Source: Heptranchias perlo (lineage: Eukaryota). Taken from it: 64,000 bases of DNA. Location of the stretch: NCBI RefSeq assembly GCF_035084215.1, contig NC_090346.1, positions 38,316,001 through 38,380,000 on the forward strand, written 5' to 3'. The notes beneath the pieces are model-generated. The model worked only from the letters and a program-made list of their open reading frames with translations, made no database searches and was not told the origin of the DNA. A program made the translations under genes and the position numbers. Positions 1 to 12,705 of this stretch are shown piece after piece; positions within the stretch are counted from its first letter, which is position 1; each line of letters opens with the position of its first letter.

Positions 1-206
1 AGCAGCCAGTGGGAGATGCAAAGGATTATTTGACAGGTGTGGGGGGGATCCTCATGTACTGCAGCAGGGCACTCTGTCACTTCCAGACAAAGTTTTGGCT
101 GCAACCCCTTTGTCTTTCCACTCAAAATTATTAATTTATACCCTAAACTCTGCTGTCCAAACACATTTACCTACTTTGCGGACCCCCTCAAACTCACACC
201 GTCAGG

Positions 207-342
207 ATGTGGGGGGGCGCCATAGCTGCATTCATCACTTCATCCGAGGACGAGCAACATCACCAGCCTCGCCAGGCACGCCGTCCACCTCCGCCACGTG
301 GAGCTCCACAACACAGTGCTGCGCCACAGGTACCTGCACAAA
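207..342 (+). pseudogene. N-terminal remnant of Harbinger transposase
   Basis: Translates MWGGAIAAFITSSEDEQHHQPRQARRPPPPRGAPQHSAAPQVPAQ, homologous to the N-terminus of ORF 27632-28867 (MRAALTSSEDEQHDQP...PQHGAAAHPPAQ); similarity then stops. Confidence 0.8.
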
Positions 343-660
343 ATAGTCGTGCAACTACACATACACCCACTGTAGGGTGACCCAATGGGTGGCATCAAAT
401 GTGGGTGTTCATGGTGAACCTCATGAAAGGGACTTATTACACAAGCCAGTCAAGAATGGCCAAGACGTGGTAGTAGTGGTGACAATAATAATATTTAATG
501 TGCCATTAACAAAATCAAATATAAATAAAAAACATGACAAACCGTCAAACATCCTTGTGCATCCCCTTTGTGCTCACAGGACCTTCGCCTTACGCTTACA
601 ACTACTCCTATGTGGTGCTTCCCCTGTGGCTGCAGCAGAGGTAGTGGCAGGTTGCTCTTG

Positions 661-2437
661 TTAATACCCTAACCAATTAGATGCTTTGGGCCTATGCCCT
701 CTGGGTTTCAGTGCCCGTGAGGGCCCCTCCAAAGTCTGCTCCACCTGCACCTGTGTAGGGGCAGACTCGACCACCTGGAGAGGAGGCAGCATTGTGGGTA
801 CTGGTTGAGAGGGGGGCAACAGGTGAGACGTGGGAGCGCTTTGAGTGGTGTCCCCACTTCCATGTCCCCTTTCGTCATTATCCCTCTCCTGGGCCAGGCC
901 CACATCACTCCTACCACCCTGCTGGACGACAGTTTGGAGGACATGTGTGAAGCCTTGTAAGGCCAGTGCTAGTGTATCTGCCTGCCTGTTTAAGGTGGCA
1001 GAAAGTTGCTCACCCTGAGTCCGAAGGGCCGTTGTCAGGGCCTCAATGGACTCATTGGTGAGCCGTGCTTGAAGCTCGACGGAGGCTAGTCTTCCCTCCA
1101 TCGCAGACGTTCCCACACTTACCCGCGACACTATCTCAGAGATGCCCTCACGTCCCTGTGACAGTGTCTCAGAGATTCCCTCCTGTACCTGTGCCACCAT
1201 TCCATTCATGCAGGAGTTGGACTCCTCCATCCTCTGCGCGATTGTGGAGAGTGCGCGTGGCACCTGTTCCAGCACCTCGCAAATGTGCTGCTGCCCCTCG
1301 ATCATTCTCCTTTTAAAGGATGGCCCCCAGGGTTCAGCATCTGTGTCCAGCTGAGCAGAGCCTGGAGAAGAGTGCTCCCACCGACACGGACTCTCCACAG
1401 CTGCCCCTGCCACCAGTGTCTGCTCGTGCTCACATGTGCGTGGTGACTCACCATGTGAAACCCCAACTAAGTGAGGACGGGGATCCACCGAGGTGTGTGT
1501 ATCTGCGCTGGTGGATGGCTCACTCAGATGTTATGGTGCCCCCTCAGAAGCCGGCAGGTCGTCTGAGGAATCGCCCTCTGCCGTCACAGCAGTCGCTGAA
1601 GGCCCTGTAAGAGAACAAAAGTTAATATTAAGCATGATGACAGATGTTGAGGTGCTGAAGATGGCATGTCAATATCATTTGCTATTGTGAGTGCTGAATG
1701 TTGAAGTTCTGTCACCAGCCGTTGGTCGGGTGGAAGCCTCGGCGTCCTCAACCCACTCGAGGGTGCGGCTCACTTCAAAAGCCTCCTGCTCCGCGTCCGT
1801 GAGGACGACCTGATGTTGCGGCCCCTCTCCGGTCTTCGCCCTCTCCCATGCATTCTGGGCTCTCTTCTCCTATAAGGGGAGAAAGTAGAGAGGCGTGAAT
1901 GAGGGATGGTGACATGGCCAACCGCTGAATGCATTGGTTTGGGTGAGGCTGACCGTGAAAGAGATGCATCACAGGGTGAGTATGAGACAGAACTATGACA
2001 TTGTATGAGGATTGGGTTGAGTGGTAGTGGTGGGATGAGTACTGGGGAGGTGAGTAAGTGCAGGTAAGTTGAGGATGAGCTTTGAGTGGGTGTGAGGAGT
2101 GATGTGATAGATTAGTGTTGGCATGTACAGAATGAGTTGTGGGGTGGGGGCGGTGATGTGGAAGACAGAGTGTAGGAGAATGAGTAAGTGTACTCACTTT
2201 GGCTGACCTAGTTAGGTCACTGAAGCACCTCAAGTACTGGATCCATGTGCGGGAGACATTGCTGCTGCTGGTGACCTCCTCTGCCATCTCGAGCCAGGCC
2301 TTCTCGGTGGCAGAGACAGGCCACTTACTCCCATCCACAGGGTGGAAAATATCCCTCCTCCTCCTCACCCCATCCAGTAAGACCTGGAGTGAGGCATCAG
2401 TAAATCTGGGAGCAGCCTTTCCCCTGGGCTGCTCCAT
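661..2437 (-). pseudogene. Harbinger Myb/SANT accessory gene, 3 exons (2437-2198, 1869-1716, 1604-661), with in-frame stops
   Basis: MEQPRGKAAPRFTDASLQVLLDGV...W...V...RTW.Q; GT/AG boundaries at the same positions as in 25461-27391; premature TAA near 1530 and at 661. Confidence 0.85.
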
Positions 2438-2692
2438 TCTACAATTTTGGTTCTTTGCTGCAGGAGCAGCCATTGGAGGACTGCCCCTTTAAATAGAGCT
2501 CCTCCAGCTGACAGCCTGTGATGCGGGTGCGCAGTCCGCCCGCTGCACAGGTTTCCGAACCCAGAAGCCACGGTAAGTGGCTTCAATTTACCCGCGATCG
2601 CGTGGGGAACGGACGGATTTCACTGGGCGGGTTACCCATGCACCCAGTCGCCCCCCCCCGCTGCCATCCCGCCTCCCTGTTAAATCGGGCCC

Positions 2693-3290
2693 ATAGAGTA
2701 CAAAAGCAAGGAGGTTATGATGAACCTTTATAAAACACTGGTTCGGCCACAACTTGAATATTGTGTCCAGTTCTGGGCACCACACTTTAGGAAGGATGTG
2801 AAGGCCTTAGAGACAGTGCAGAAAAGATTTACTAGAACGATTCCAGGGATGAGGGACTTCAGTTACGTGCATAGATTGGAGAAGCTGGGGTTGTTGTCCT
2901 TACAGCAGAGAAGGTTGAGAGGAGATTTGATAGAGGTGTTCAAAATCATGAGGGGTCTAGACAGAGTAGACAGAGAGAAACTGTTCCCATTGGCAGAAGG
3001 GTCGAGAAACAGAGGACACAGATTTAAGGTAAATGGCAAAAGAACCAAAGGCGACATGAGGAAAAACTTTTTTACACAGCGAGTGGTTATGGTCTGGAAA
3101 GGTGGTGGAGACGGATTCAATCATGTTTTCAAAAGGGAATTGGATAAGTACTTGAAGGAAACAAATTTGCAGGGCTACGGGGAAAGAGCGGGGGAGTGGG
3201 ACTAGCTGGATTGCTTTTGCAGAGAGCTGGCACGGGCTCGACGGGCCGAATGGCCTCCTTCTGTGCTGTAACCATTCTATGATTCTATAA
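2693..3290 (+). mobile_element. CR1-type LINE, 3' fragment
   Basis: ORF 2717-3205 LYKTLVRPQLEYCVQFW...RRLRGDLIEVFKI; ends in ttctatga repeats. Confidence 0.9.
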
Positions 3291-4039
3291 TATGGCTATG
3301 CAGTGATCTGGCTAATGTTGCTATTGCAATGGTTGTAAGTGTTGCTGCAAAGTTTGTTTTGGCAAGTACACTCACATATCCACAAATGTTACTTCACCTC
3401 TCGGCTTCTTGCTGTATCTAGAATGCCACATGCCTGATGTAATATGCTGCTGTAGTGCTACAATGAAAGGGAAACATTGGGCAGTGAGAGGCATAACTCC
3501 TGACAAACAATATCCAATAATACAGGTTTTTAGACACATACAGGAAACTTTTCAACTGAGGATTCTGATAAATGTAATGATGTTCTGGTGGTTTAATTCA
3601 TTCTTTGCAAAGTAACACTTGATGAAAAGCTTCCTCAAGAAACTAAGTGGAACCGTCCTAACTCATGGCTTGATCATTGTCCATCTCATGTCCCTCAGGT
3701 GAATCAGTTTACTTAGCAACACTCAAAACATTAAATCTTTTAATAATATAGACAGATTAAATTTAAAACTTGCACTTTTGCTAATAGCGTTAATTTGTGC
3801 TTAAATAGTGAGAGCTGATGGCATCATTTGGAACTTGCTGAACTGTGTGCTATTTTTTGGCTCAGTCCCCATCAATCAGTTCCACTGCCATTGTTGAGAT
3901 ATATCCATTATGTACATTACAGATCTGAAAGAGATCAGGGCGCTCCTGATGTCTCATTGGATAAATACGCCACATGGTTCTAAAAGATACAAACCAAGAA
4001 GGTTAAAGCTCAAACTCTCCTCATCTAAGACCACATGGA

Positions 4040-4235
4040 GTAGTTGAGGCGAATAGCATAGATGGATTTAAGGGGAAGCTAGATAAGTACATGAGGGAGA
4101 AAGGAATAGAAGGATATGCTGATAGGATTAGATGAAGAAAGGTGGGAGGAGGCTCGTGTGGAGCATAAATGCCAACATAGACCAGTTGGGCTGAATGGCC
4201 TGTTTCTGTGCATTAGACTCTATCTAACTCTGTGT
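4040..4235 (+). mobile_element. CR1-type LINE 3' end fragment
   Basis: Similar to 30740-30935 (tttaaggggaagctagataa...gaatggcctgtttctgtgc). Confidence 0.7.
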
Positions 4236-4650
4236 AATCCATGCATACACAAGGATAACTGCACAGTATACAGGAGTGGGAAACCTTACATTCCCCATCT
4301 TGTAAATTTCCCAATTACTTGCAAAAATAGTGATTTAAAATAAAATACTGGGTAAATATAAAGATCACAGTTCTTCATTTCCTACAGATACAGGCATTGG
4401 GTCAGTCAGAGATCATAACCAAAAGGTAGAAAAAAATAGGATTACATAGAAACTGCAACAGGGTAACAGGCTGTTCAGCCCAACCAGTCTGTGTTGGTGT
4501 TTATCCTCCACAAGAGCAATCGCCCTAATCCAATGTGATTGAAATTTACCCCCAAAGAATTTGACTATCGCACTGAACCTGCTTTGTCAGAAGCTTTAAA
4601 AATGGGGTCCATTCACTCCAGCCACAGAACGGTGACTTCTTAGGCATGAT

Positions 4651-4933
4651 ACTCGACTCCACTTGAGCCCACTTCACTGCACTCGACCCCACTTGAGCCC
4701 ACTTCACTGCACTCGACCCCACTTGAGCCCACTTCACTGCACTCGACCCCACTTGAGCCCACTTCACTGCACTCGACCCCACTTGAGCCCACTTCACTGC
4801 ACTCGACCCCACTTGAGCCCACTTCGCTGCACTCGACCCCACTTGAGCCCACTTCGCTGCACTCGACCCCACTTGAGCCCACTTCGCTGCACTCGACCCC
4901 ACTTGAGCCCACTTCGCTGCACTCGACCCCACT
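4651..4933. repeat. 30-bp minisatellite ACTCGACCCCACTTGAGCCCACTTC(A/G)CTGC, 9 full copies plus a partial
   Basis: Direct head-to-tail repeats with no spacers. Confidence 0.97.
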
Positions 4934-5329
4934 GAAGATTGACAGTGGGCCAGCACATTCTAATTTCTCAGAGATTCGACTAGCTTCGAGACACTGTTTT
5001 CAGGCAATGGTTGTGGGGAGCTGTCTTTACAGGGACTGTATCAGCAGAGTCAGATGCAGAGTCGTGCCATCTGCTGTAAGGACACCTGCTGCTAACATGC
5101 ATCACAGGGCTGGCACAACCAGTGACAGAACTGGTCAGCTGTAGCTTCAAGCCTGCACATGGGCTTCCTTTGGCTGTGAAGGCTGCTCATGAGTTGAGAT
5201 GCCTTTTCAACCTTTGTACAGGCTTTCTAAATTTCAGAAATCTTGTCCCCCATTGTGGCAATCCCCTTTAATTATCTTCATTGTTTTAAATTTCACACAT
5301 GCAGTTTTTCTGCTCTTGCCCTGGATTTA

Positions 5330-5712
5330 CAACAACAACAACTTGCATTTATATAGCGCCTCTAATGTAGTAAAACATCCCAAGACACTTCACAGGAACA
5401 TTATCAGACAAAATTTGACACTGAGCCATATAAGGAGATATTAGGACAGGTGACCAAAAGCTTGGTTAAAGAGGTAAGTTTTAAGGAGTGTCTTAAAGGA
5501 GGAGAGTGGGGTGGAGAGGCGGAGTGGTTTGGTGAGGGAATTCCAAAGATTAGGGCCTAGACATCTGAAGGGACGGCCACCAATGATAGGGGTGATGGAA
5601 ATCAGGGATACGCAAGAGGCCAGAATTGGAGGAACGCAAAGTTCTCAGAGGGTTGTAGGGCTGGAGCAGGTTACAGAGATAGGGAGGGGCGAGGCCATGG
5701 AGGGATTTGAAT
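5330..5712 (-). mobile_element. L2-type LINE 3' fragment
   Basis: Minus-strand FKSLHGLAPPYLCNLLQPYNPLRTLRSS; tail gcgctatataaatgcaagttgttgttg. Confidence 0.8.
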
Positions 5713-6818
5713 GTATCTATGAATAATAATGCAAATGGGCTGACCAACTTGACCAATTTGAGTGCTAACAGCACATTACCATTCATGTAGGATAAGCATC
5801 AGTTCTAGTGATTTATTTGGAAATGAGTTTGATAATGTAACATGAGTCTATATTAAATATAGTAAACAGATTACTGCAAGGGAGTAATTGCTAGCCCCTT
5901 AGGTGCACACTTCTATGATGGCAGAGTATAGAAAAGATGGAGCTATCAGATCATAGGGGGCAATGTCTGCTCACTGCAACTGCTGTCAGACAGTGGCGAG
6001 AGAAGACATCAACAGCTTGTACTGACTTTAATGTAAAGAAACCTCCCTAGACACTTTGCAAATAGGCGTAAAGAAATACACACCAAGACAGAAAGGAGAC
6101 GAGTAGGAGGGACCACTGAGACCTTAGTCAAAGAGATGGGTTTTGAAAGGTAGAGAGAAAGGTGCAGAGGGGGAGAGCTTAAGAGAGGCATTTCCAGCAA
6201 GTAGGATTGTCCCCTGCACCCATTTGATGCCCTAAAACTGGCCTAAACGAATTTCTAGGTACACATCTTCTCTTCCAGCCACAAAGTAGGCAGGAACTCT
6301 CTACACAACACAGGACCTGGACAATTCCAGCAGGTGGAGCTCTCAGCTCATGTCAGATTTGTTACGGGTATATGGAAGTATGAGATTGTTTTTATTTTGG
6401 ATGGCACAATGAAAGGAAACGGCTGGAGCACAGAAAGACTTGGAAAAGTTGGGGGTAGAAATTGCTACGTGTTGCGTCCATTTTTCGGGTGTAAATCAGG
6501 CGCAAGTTATTCTAATTTAGCAGTGGGCGGCCTGTAGCCAATCTACACAGGCCCTGATCCCACTGCCAAATTTATGCCAATTTTTTAGACATCCCGGGAG
6601 TTAGGGCTCCTTGAATATGTCAATTAGGGCCTGACACCTGTTGAAGGACCTTGAGAAATTAGCCACCGAAGAGTAGGGCAGGCATTGGGCCCTGAGGATT
6701 CTTCAGCCCCCACAGGCTCCAATTAAAGGCAAATACTTAACATTTTGATTTTAAGAACCATTTTCCTCCAAGCCAAGTCCGCTGACAATCTCATCAATGT
6801 TTGGTGCTTAAACAAAAT

Positions 6819-6904
6819 GGCTCTGAAATTCCGTGAGGGTTCTATGGGTCTCCTGCCCTAACGTTGGTGGGAGATCGGCAGAACTCCAAGGGAATTTCAG
6901 GACC
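6819..6904. mobile_element. 86-bp palindromic MITE (Harbinger-like), AAT target duplication
   Basis: GGCTCTGAAATTCC...GGAATTTCAGGACC flanked by AAT (6816-6818, 6905-6907). Confidence 0.7.
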
Positions 6905-8282
6905 AATGTTTGTTTATAAAACGACAGAAAGACAGAAACAAACAGCATGTCAAAGCTAACAATGATTCATTGTTAACTTACTTTTCTTAAAAGGGGTTTT
7001 AATTGTGACCCACCCAGGAACCATTGTAGACAATTGTACATTATGTTGCCCTTTAAATGATAGATCCCACTGTTTATCAAAGTCGCACCATCGACAATGG
7101 TACTAAAGGGCTTTTTTTGGTATTCTGGTCATACACCCATAGAGCTTCACATAATCCCAAAACAATATATTCCCCTCATACAAATATTGACTGGAGAAAG
7201 ATAAAATTCAATTACTGTAATCACTTCTATCTTTAAAGGCAAAGAATACAATAATTCTTCTTGAAATGCAATTTGTTCATGTGAACTCATCCTAGCCACA
7301 AAAATAGGTTTTGATAACAGAACTACATTTGTCATTTGATTAAGAAACATCCTCGCTATTTTTGCAGCTGATGGTAATATTGACTTGAGGCACTCTCAGG
7401 GACCTTGCTTGTGTATCTTTTCATTGCTAAGTGATAAATACATTTCAAACGCATAAAGACTTATGAATGTCTGGGTGAAAATTTCCTTTGGTTTCTATGG
7501 GGTTGATAATGTGGTCAGTGGCACCTGAAGTGCTGCTGCATATCAGGTGCAGGTGCCTCACATTATTGGGCACTGTGGCCTGAGGCTTGAGGCCTACTTA
7601 GCACCTGATGTGCACATTGCCGGGTAGTGCAGTTTACGCATGCTGTCAGTGCATAGAGCTGTGGCATCAGACCCCTATTTCTATGTAAATTTGGAGAAGT
7701 CCCGTAATGTGCCTGAAGTGCCTCGGTATCACTCCAGACCCTCAGCACCTGTTTGAAATGGGCACGCCAAAATAGGCCCCACTTTTTTTTCCAGGCATAT
7801 GGGGACTTGAATTTGTAAAGTAAGCATCTGCTACCTCAGGCTCCTTGCCCAGGGATTTTCGTACTGTGCTTCCTATAGGTTCATTTCTTTCACTTTTTTT
7901 CCATGTTTTCAGGTTTAAGAGGAGAGGGATCAGAGGCACAGCAGGCAGGTATGTTGGCAGCTTCTCTGCTTTTGTTTGATCCATCCTTATGTCTTTACAC
8001 GTCTGTGCAAAATTTAGTTGCCAAATAAGGAAAATTGTAACATTTACATTTAGACAAAATATATTCGATGACAAACATCTACAAATGTAGGGATATGAAC
8101 TAATTTTGTGTCAAATTTTGTTTAATAACGCTCCTGTGAAGCGCTTTGGGTCATTTTACTACGTTAAAGGTGCTTTATGAATGCATGTTGTTGTTGTTAT
8201 AATTGTCTAAATATCCAGCATCAGAACGATGAAGCTAGAAAATCTGACATCGACCACCAAGAATATCTGATGGTTCATTTAC

Positions 8283-8612
8283 CAATGTGCTTCCGTGATG
8301 GGTCAATACAATGCAGATACAAGCAGCCGCTTTCGGTCGACAGGTTCTGAGTCATTATTTTATCAATTATTTTTCGAGAATTTATTAACAAACTCCTCAA
8401 TATTTCCAATGAGAAAGATGGAATATGCCGCGATTTCTGCTGACGCGTAGCACAATTGCTGAGGATGGACGTGCTCCCTTGGGGAGATGCCAAACAGAGG
8501 GTGGGCACAGAGGGTGAGGCACGAGGGTGTGCCATTCTCCCAGCAGCCAGTTACACTGCAGCACTGTCAGAGGTGAGAGAGCCCGTACTCTCAGCCGGGG
8601 AGGGCACATCAC
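8283..8612 (-). CDS. Candidate host-gene exon with a start codon (MTQNLSTESGCLYLHCIDPSRKHI-G), possibly ANKFN1-like
   Basis: Strong acceptor ttttctaccctcttggtctccaccag, donor G|gtaaat, unique sequence, open frame from ATG 8535/8355 to a phase-1 donor; loose resemblance to the recalled ANKFN1 segment MTQ...LHL...KKH. Confidence 0.4.
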
Positions 8613-9224
8613 CTGGTGGAGACCAAGAGGGTAGAAAATAATATAAATACCTTTAAAATTAAATCTTTTCTTTTATGGAATAAAGAGCATAATAGCTATC
8701 TGAAGGGGATCTTACTTTTGCTATTTGAAGTGAAATTATAATTTCTTTATACGTGCATTTATTGTTGCCAATAGTGAACAAAGGAAATCCCTAGCCTTCC
8801 CCCAGTGGGCAGACCCGAGATCATTGTTTGTGCCATTTCGTCAAGCTTACCTATTGACGAAATACGACAGCCAGTGAATGCCAACACTATCGTTTTGGCT
8901 TCATAGGAACATCACAAAGTATCTCAGCTGCCTTCCGCTTGTCACTGTTTCAAACAAAAGATTTCAGCTTTCTAAAAAACAGTTATTAATTGCTCCCTGG
9001 CATCAATGAAGTCATTGTCGATTCTGCAGGAGTCCAAATGAATGGCTCACCTCAAACCGTTTTCATTTTGAAACAATAATATAAATCGACATTTTTTATT
9101 GATTTTCCACAGCACAACAAAACAAGAGAATATCTGAAAGTAAATGCAACAGTTCTATCAAAAAGTACAACATAAGCAAAAGCCAGAAAATACATAACCA
9201 GGGAAATCAACAAGCTATCTCTAG

Positions 9225-9620
9225 AGAGTCAGGAGAGGTGATTGAAAGCTTCGGCTTTTACAGGTGGAGAGAGAAGGGGAGGAGAGGCGGGGCTTGGAAG
9301 GGAGTTCCAGAGAGCAGGGCCGTGATGGCTGAAGGGTCTGCCATCAATGGAGGGGCGATGGGAGGTTGGGGCGCTCAAAAAGCCAGAGTTAGAGACCAAA
9401 GGGAGTGGATTTAAGGCTGGAGAAGATTGCAAAGGTACAGTCAGGCACAACCATGGAGGATGAGGATGAGGATTTTAAATTCACTGTGCTGGGGAACAGG
9501 GAGTAGGTCACTAAGGACCGAGGGTGATGGGCGAGCAGGACTTAGTGTGGTCCGAACGGCTGAGTTTTGCACAAGTTGGAGTTTATGGAGGGTGGGCAGT
9601 CAGCAAGGAGAGCACTGGGG
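9225..9620 (-). mobile_element. L2-type LINE fragment
   Basis: Minus-strand GRPFSHHGPALWNSLP; similar to the other L2 3' fragments in the window. Confidence 0.7.
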
Positions 9621-10242
9621 AAATCAGGCCGATTTTCACCTGGTCAAATCGGCATTCACCAGGCCTCAAAACACCGCCCTGTTAACACCGGTGCTCCGGC
9701 CGCTGCCATTTTTAAAGGAGCTTTCCATTGAGTGCTTGCCTGTTTCAGGTGGTAGGGATCTATATTGTAGTTAAGATCCCCTAGTTCCAATTTTCATGGA
9801 CAGAGTGCCGTGCATTCCCCGTTCATGGGTCCTGGCATTGAGCGTCCTAACCAGCGGTCTATAAAGCGACTGGCAGTAGCTGCTCCAAAAACAGCCCAGA
9901 AAAGTTTTCGGGTAATATTTTTGTGGAGCCAGAAGGAGCAGGAGTACTCCTCCCAGCTCCACGAAAATACTGTGGGCCGTTCGGGGTACACAGCTTCCCG
10001 GCAAGAGTTAGCAGAGGCCCGCGCTCAAAATGGCACAGGCATCCTTGCCCATTTGACTGGCACACTCTGCTGGTCGGTCACCAAAAGTGATAATCTTCCT
10101 CATCTAGACTAGAGGTGATTACTATGTAGATAAGGGTTTCTGCAACTGCGGGGCTGAGGCTGGAACGGAAGTGGGCAACGTTACTGAGGAGAAGTAAAAA
10201 CCTATTTGTCTCTAATAGTTCTCCAACTGAAAGAGTGTTGTA

Positions 10243-10530
10243 TAGGAACGTAGGAATTGTTAGGCAAAAAAGACCAAGGCTCATCTAGTTCGCCTTCTCC
10301 CATCCTGATAGTCGCGTGATATAACAATGACGGAGTTGTTAACTAATCATGGCGATCAATCTCTATCAAATAGTCAACAACAGACCAAGACATGAAGTGA
10401 GGAAAACTCCAGTGGTGGAGAGCTTTGGGAACCATAGGTTCAAAATCACCTGTTTCCTCCCAAGCATGCTACACTTACCACATGTCATGTCTCAAATTAC
10501 TCATACACTGTATCCCAAAATGTTATTTTC
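10243..10530 (-). mobile_element. Retroposon 3' end with CR1-like tail; second copy at 31417-31670
   Basis: Reverse complement aligns by eye with 31417-31670; gttccta-type tail. Confidence 0.7.
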
Positions 10531-11046
10531 TATATATTAGTCAGAACAAACCAGAGCTCTTCCCACACTGACCTGTACACACCCTTTCAAGACTTTTATA
10601 GCTCCAGTCCGATGTTCCATTCCAAATCATCTATCATTTGCACTCTCAAGTGAGAATGTTGAGTTAGTGTCAGCATTAAATCCATTTCATAATTTGGCAT
10701 TTCAATCTCATTCATTTCTCCTGTATAGATATTCTTGTCCAAAAATATATCTGATCCAAATGTTAAATGTAAAAAGAACAGTTTCTCTCTGAGTCGCAGC
10801 TGCTGATGTTAATATTCACATATAACCTGGTTTGATTGAGCGATTTATACTTTTCATCCCATCTGTTTTTCCCAGTTCCGAGACAGAATCTCTCCACTCT
10901 AAACCTATCTGTCACACTCAAATCCCATGGGTACCCCAAATCCAAAGAATTTTGTTACAAAACAAACTGTAGTCACAGCATCTATCATCATTAGTAATAG
11001 TTCTACAGATTTTATTTTTGAAAGTTTTACCAAGTTTTACTTGGCC

Positions 11047-11255
11047 GGAGAGACATATCCACATATAGCATCCGGGAATTTCCTCGGAGCTGCTCCTGTG
11101 TAACTCCACCCATAACTTCGTCGTAAGCGCAGCAGAAATTCCACTTGCACACGTGAACGGGATCCCCCCCACTTACTGCAAAGTTATGGCAATGGAGCAG
11201 GAGCAGCTCCCAGGAAATTCCCGTCATGAAAGCCCCTGTGGAATTTCAGGTCTCC
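11047..11255. mobile_element. Fold-back MITE
   Basis: Imperfect palindrome: GGAGAGAC..TCCAC / GTGGAATTTCAGGTCTCC; internal GGGAATTTCCT..GAGCTGCTCCTG / CAGGAGCAGCTC..AGGAAATTCCC. Confidence 0.65.
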
Positions 11256-12019
11256 TATGTATACTGTAGTCATATTGTCTTATATCAATGTTTGGGATTG
11301 TGCCGGGCAGAGATAAAATTCCAGAGCATCCCTAGTTCAACTCCAATAATTATTAATACAGTTAAATAAAGTAAAATTAGACTATTTATTAAGTCATTTA
11401 GATGTACATAAAGGTTGGGAGTTATAACACCAACAGATCTCATGTGGTGGTGCTCAGGTTACACCAATGCACACAAGAACAGAAACATTATAACATATTT
11501 CCCGTAATGTATTGCACTGCTGCTAAGAGGTTGCTATGCGTTATGTGGCCTGTGCCTTTAAGGCCATAAACTATTGGCCCGGATTTTCCTCTCAACGCGA
11601 ACAAATAATGCTCGTCGCTTGTTAGATTTGCACTTACCCATAAACTATCCATGGGCTTTTGGACTGCAACGTCCTGTAATCGGAAGCTGAGAAAAGTGCA
11701 GTGTCCTCCACAGGGCATCTGAGCAGTATCTGGAATCGCGCAAGAAAAAGTCTGTGAGAAAAGACATACCCACCAATTCAGCCAGGAGTCTTATAGAAAG
11801 CTGAATAGCCTTCAAATCCCCTATTAACTATTGAAAATTAGTTTAATTGTAAGTAACATTTTAAAAACCTTTTATAAAAAGGCAAAGTAATGAACTGTTC
11901 TTAAAAAACCATTGAAAGTTAATGCAGCATACGAGCTTCTGTGATGTAGCAGATGAACAAGTTTCACCATTGTAACATTTTTTGTTCTTCCTTCCCAGAG
12001 GTGCACAGCTGTCTGAGGA

Positions 12020-12705
12020 TGCACAGGCTGCAGAGGGCGGTGAGTCGGAGGATGCAGAGGGCGGTGAGTCGGATGATGCAGAGAGCGGTGAGTCGGGGGC
12101 CGTAGAGGGCGGTGAGTCGGGGGATGCAGAGGGCGGTGAGTCGGGGCTGCAGAGGGCAGTGAGTCAGGGGATGCAGAGGGCGGTGAGTCGGGGGCTGCAG
12201 AGGACGGTGAGTCGGGGGCTGCAGAGAGCGGTGAGTCGGAGGATGCAGAGAGCGGTGAGTAGGGGGCTGCAGAGGGCGGTGAGTCGGGGATGCAGAGTGA
12301 GGTGAGTCAGGGGATGCAGAGGGCAGTGAGTCGGGGGCTGCAGAGGGCAGTGAGTCGGGGGCCGCAGAGGGCGGTGAGTCGGGGGATGCAGAGTGTGGTG
12401 AGTCGGGGGATGCAGAGTGAGGTGAGTCAGGGGATGCAGAGGGCAGTGAGTCGGGGGCTGCAGAGGACGGCGAGTCACGGGCGGTGAGTCAGGGGCTGCA
12501 GAGGGCGGTGAGTCGGGGGCTGCAGAGGGCGGTGAGTCGGGGGCTGCAGAGGGCGGTGAGTCGGGGGCTGCAGAGGGCGGTGAGTCGGGGGCTGCAGAGG
12601 GCGGTGAGTCGGGGGCTGCAGAGGGCGGTGAGTCGGGGGCTGCAGAGGGCGGTGAGTCGGGGGCTGCAGAGGGCGGTGAGTCGGGGGCTGCAGAGGGCGG
12701 TGAAG
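12020..12705. repeat. GC-rich 24-bp minisatellite (GGGGCTGCAGAGGGCGGTGAGTCG) inside the Harbinger element
   Basis: Tandem units, homogeneous at about 12490-12700 and more diverged upstream. Confidence 0.95.

Larger units (their letters stand above)
1..2692 (-). mobile_element. PIF/Harbinger internal-deletion derivative (Myb gene kept, transposase core deleted); other terminus lies before the window
   Basis: Ends in TAAATCGGGCCC (2681-2692), matching the TIR of the element at 25203. Carries a homologue of that element's 3-exon Myb gene plus only the transposase N-terminus. Directly abuts CR1 sequence at 2693. Confidence 0.85.

Noticed and set aside
4651-4933. CRISPR-like 30-bp periodic array
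   Set aside because: Units are contiguous with no unique spacers, and the context is eukaryotic; it is a minisatellite.
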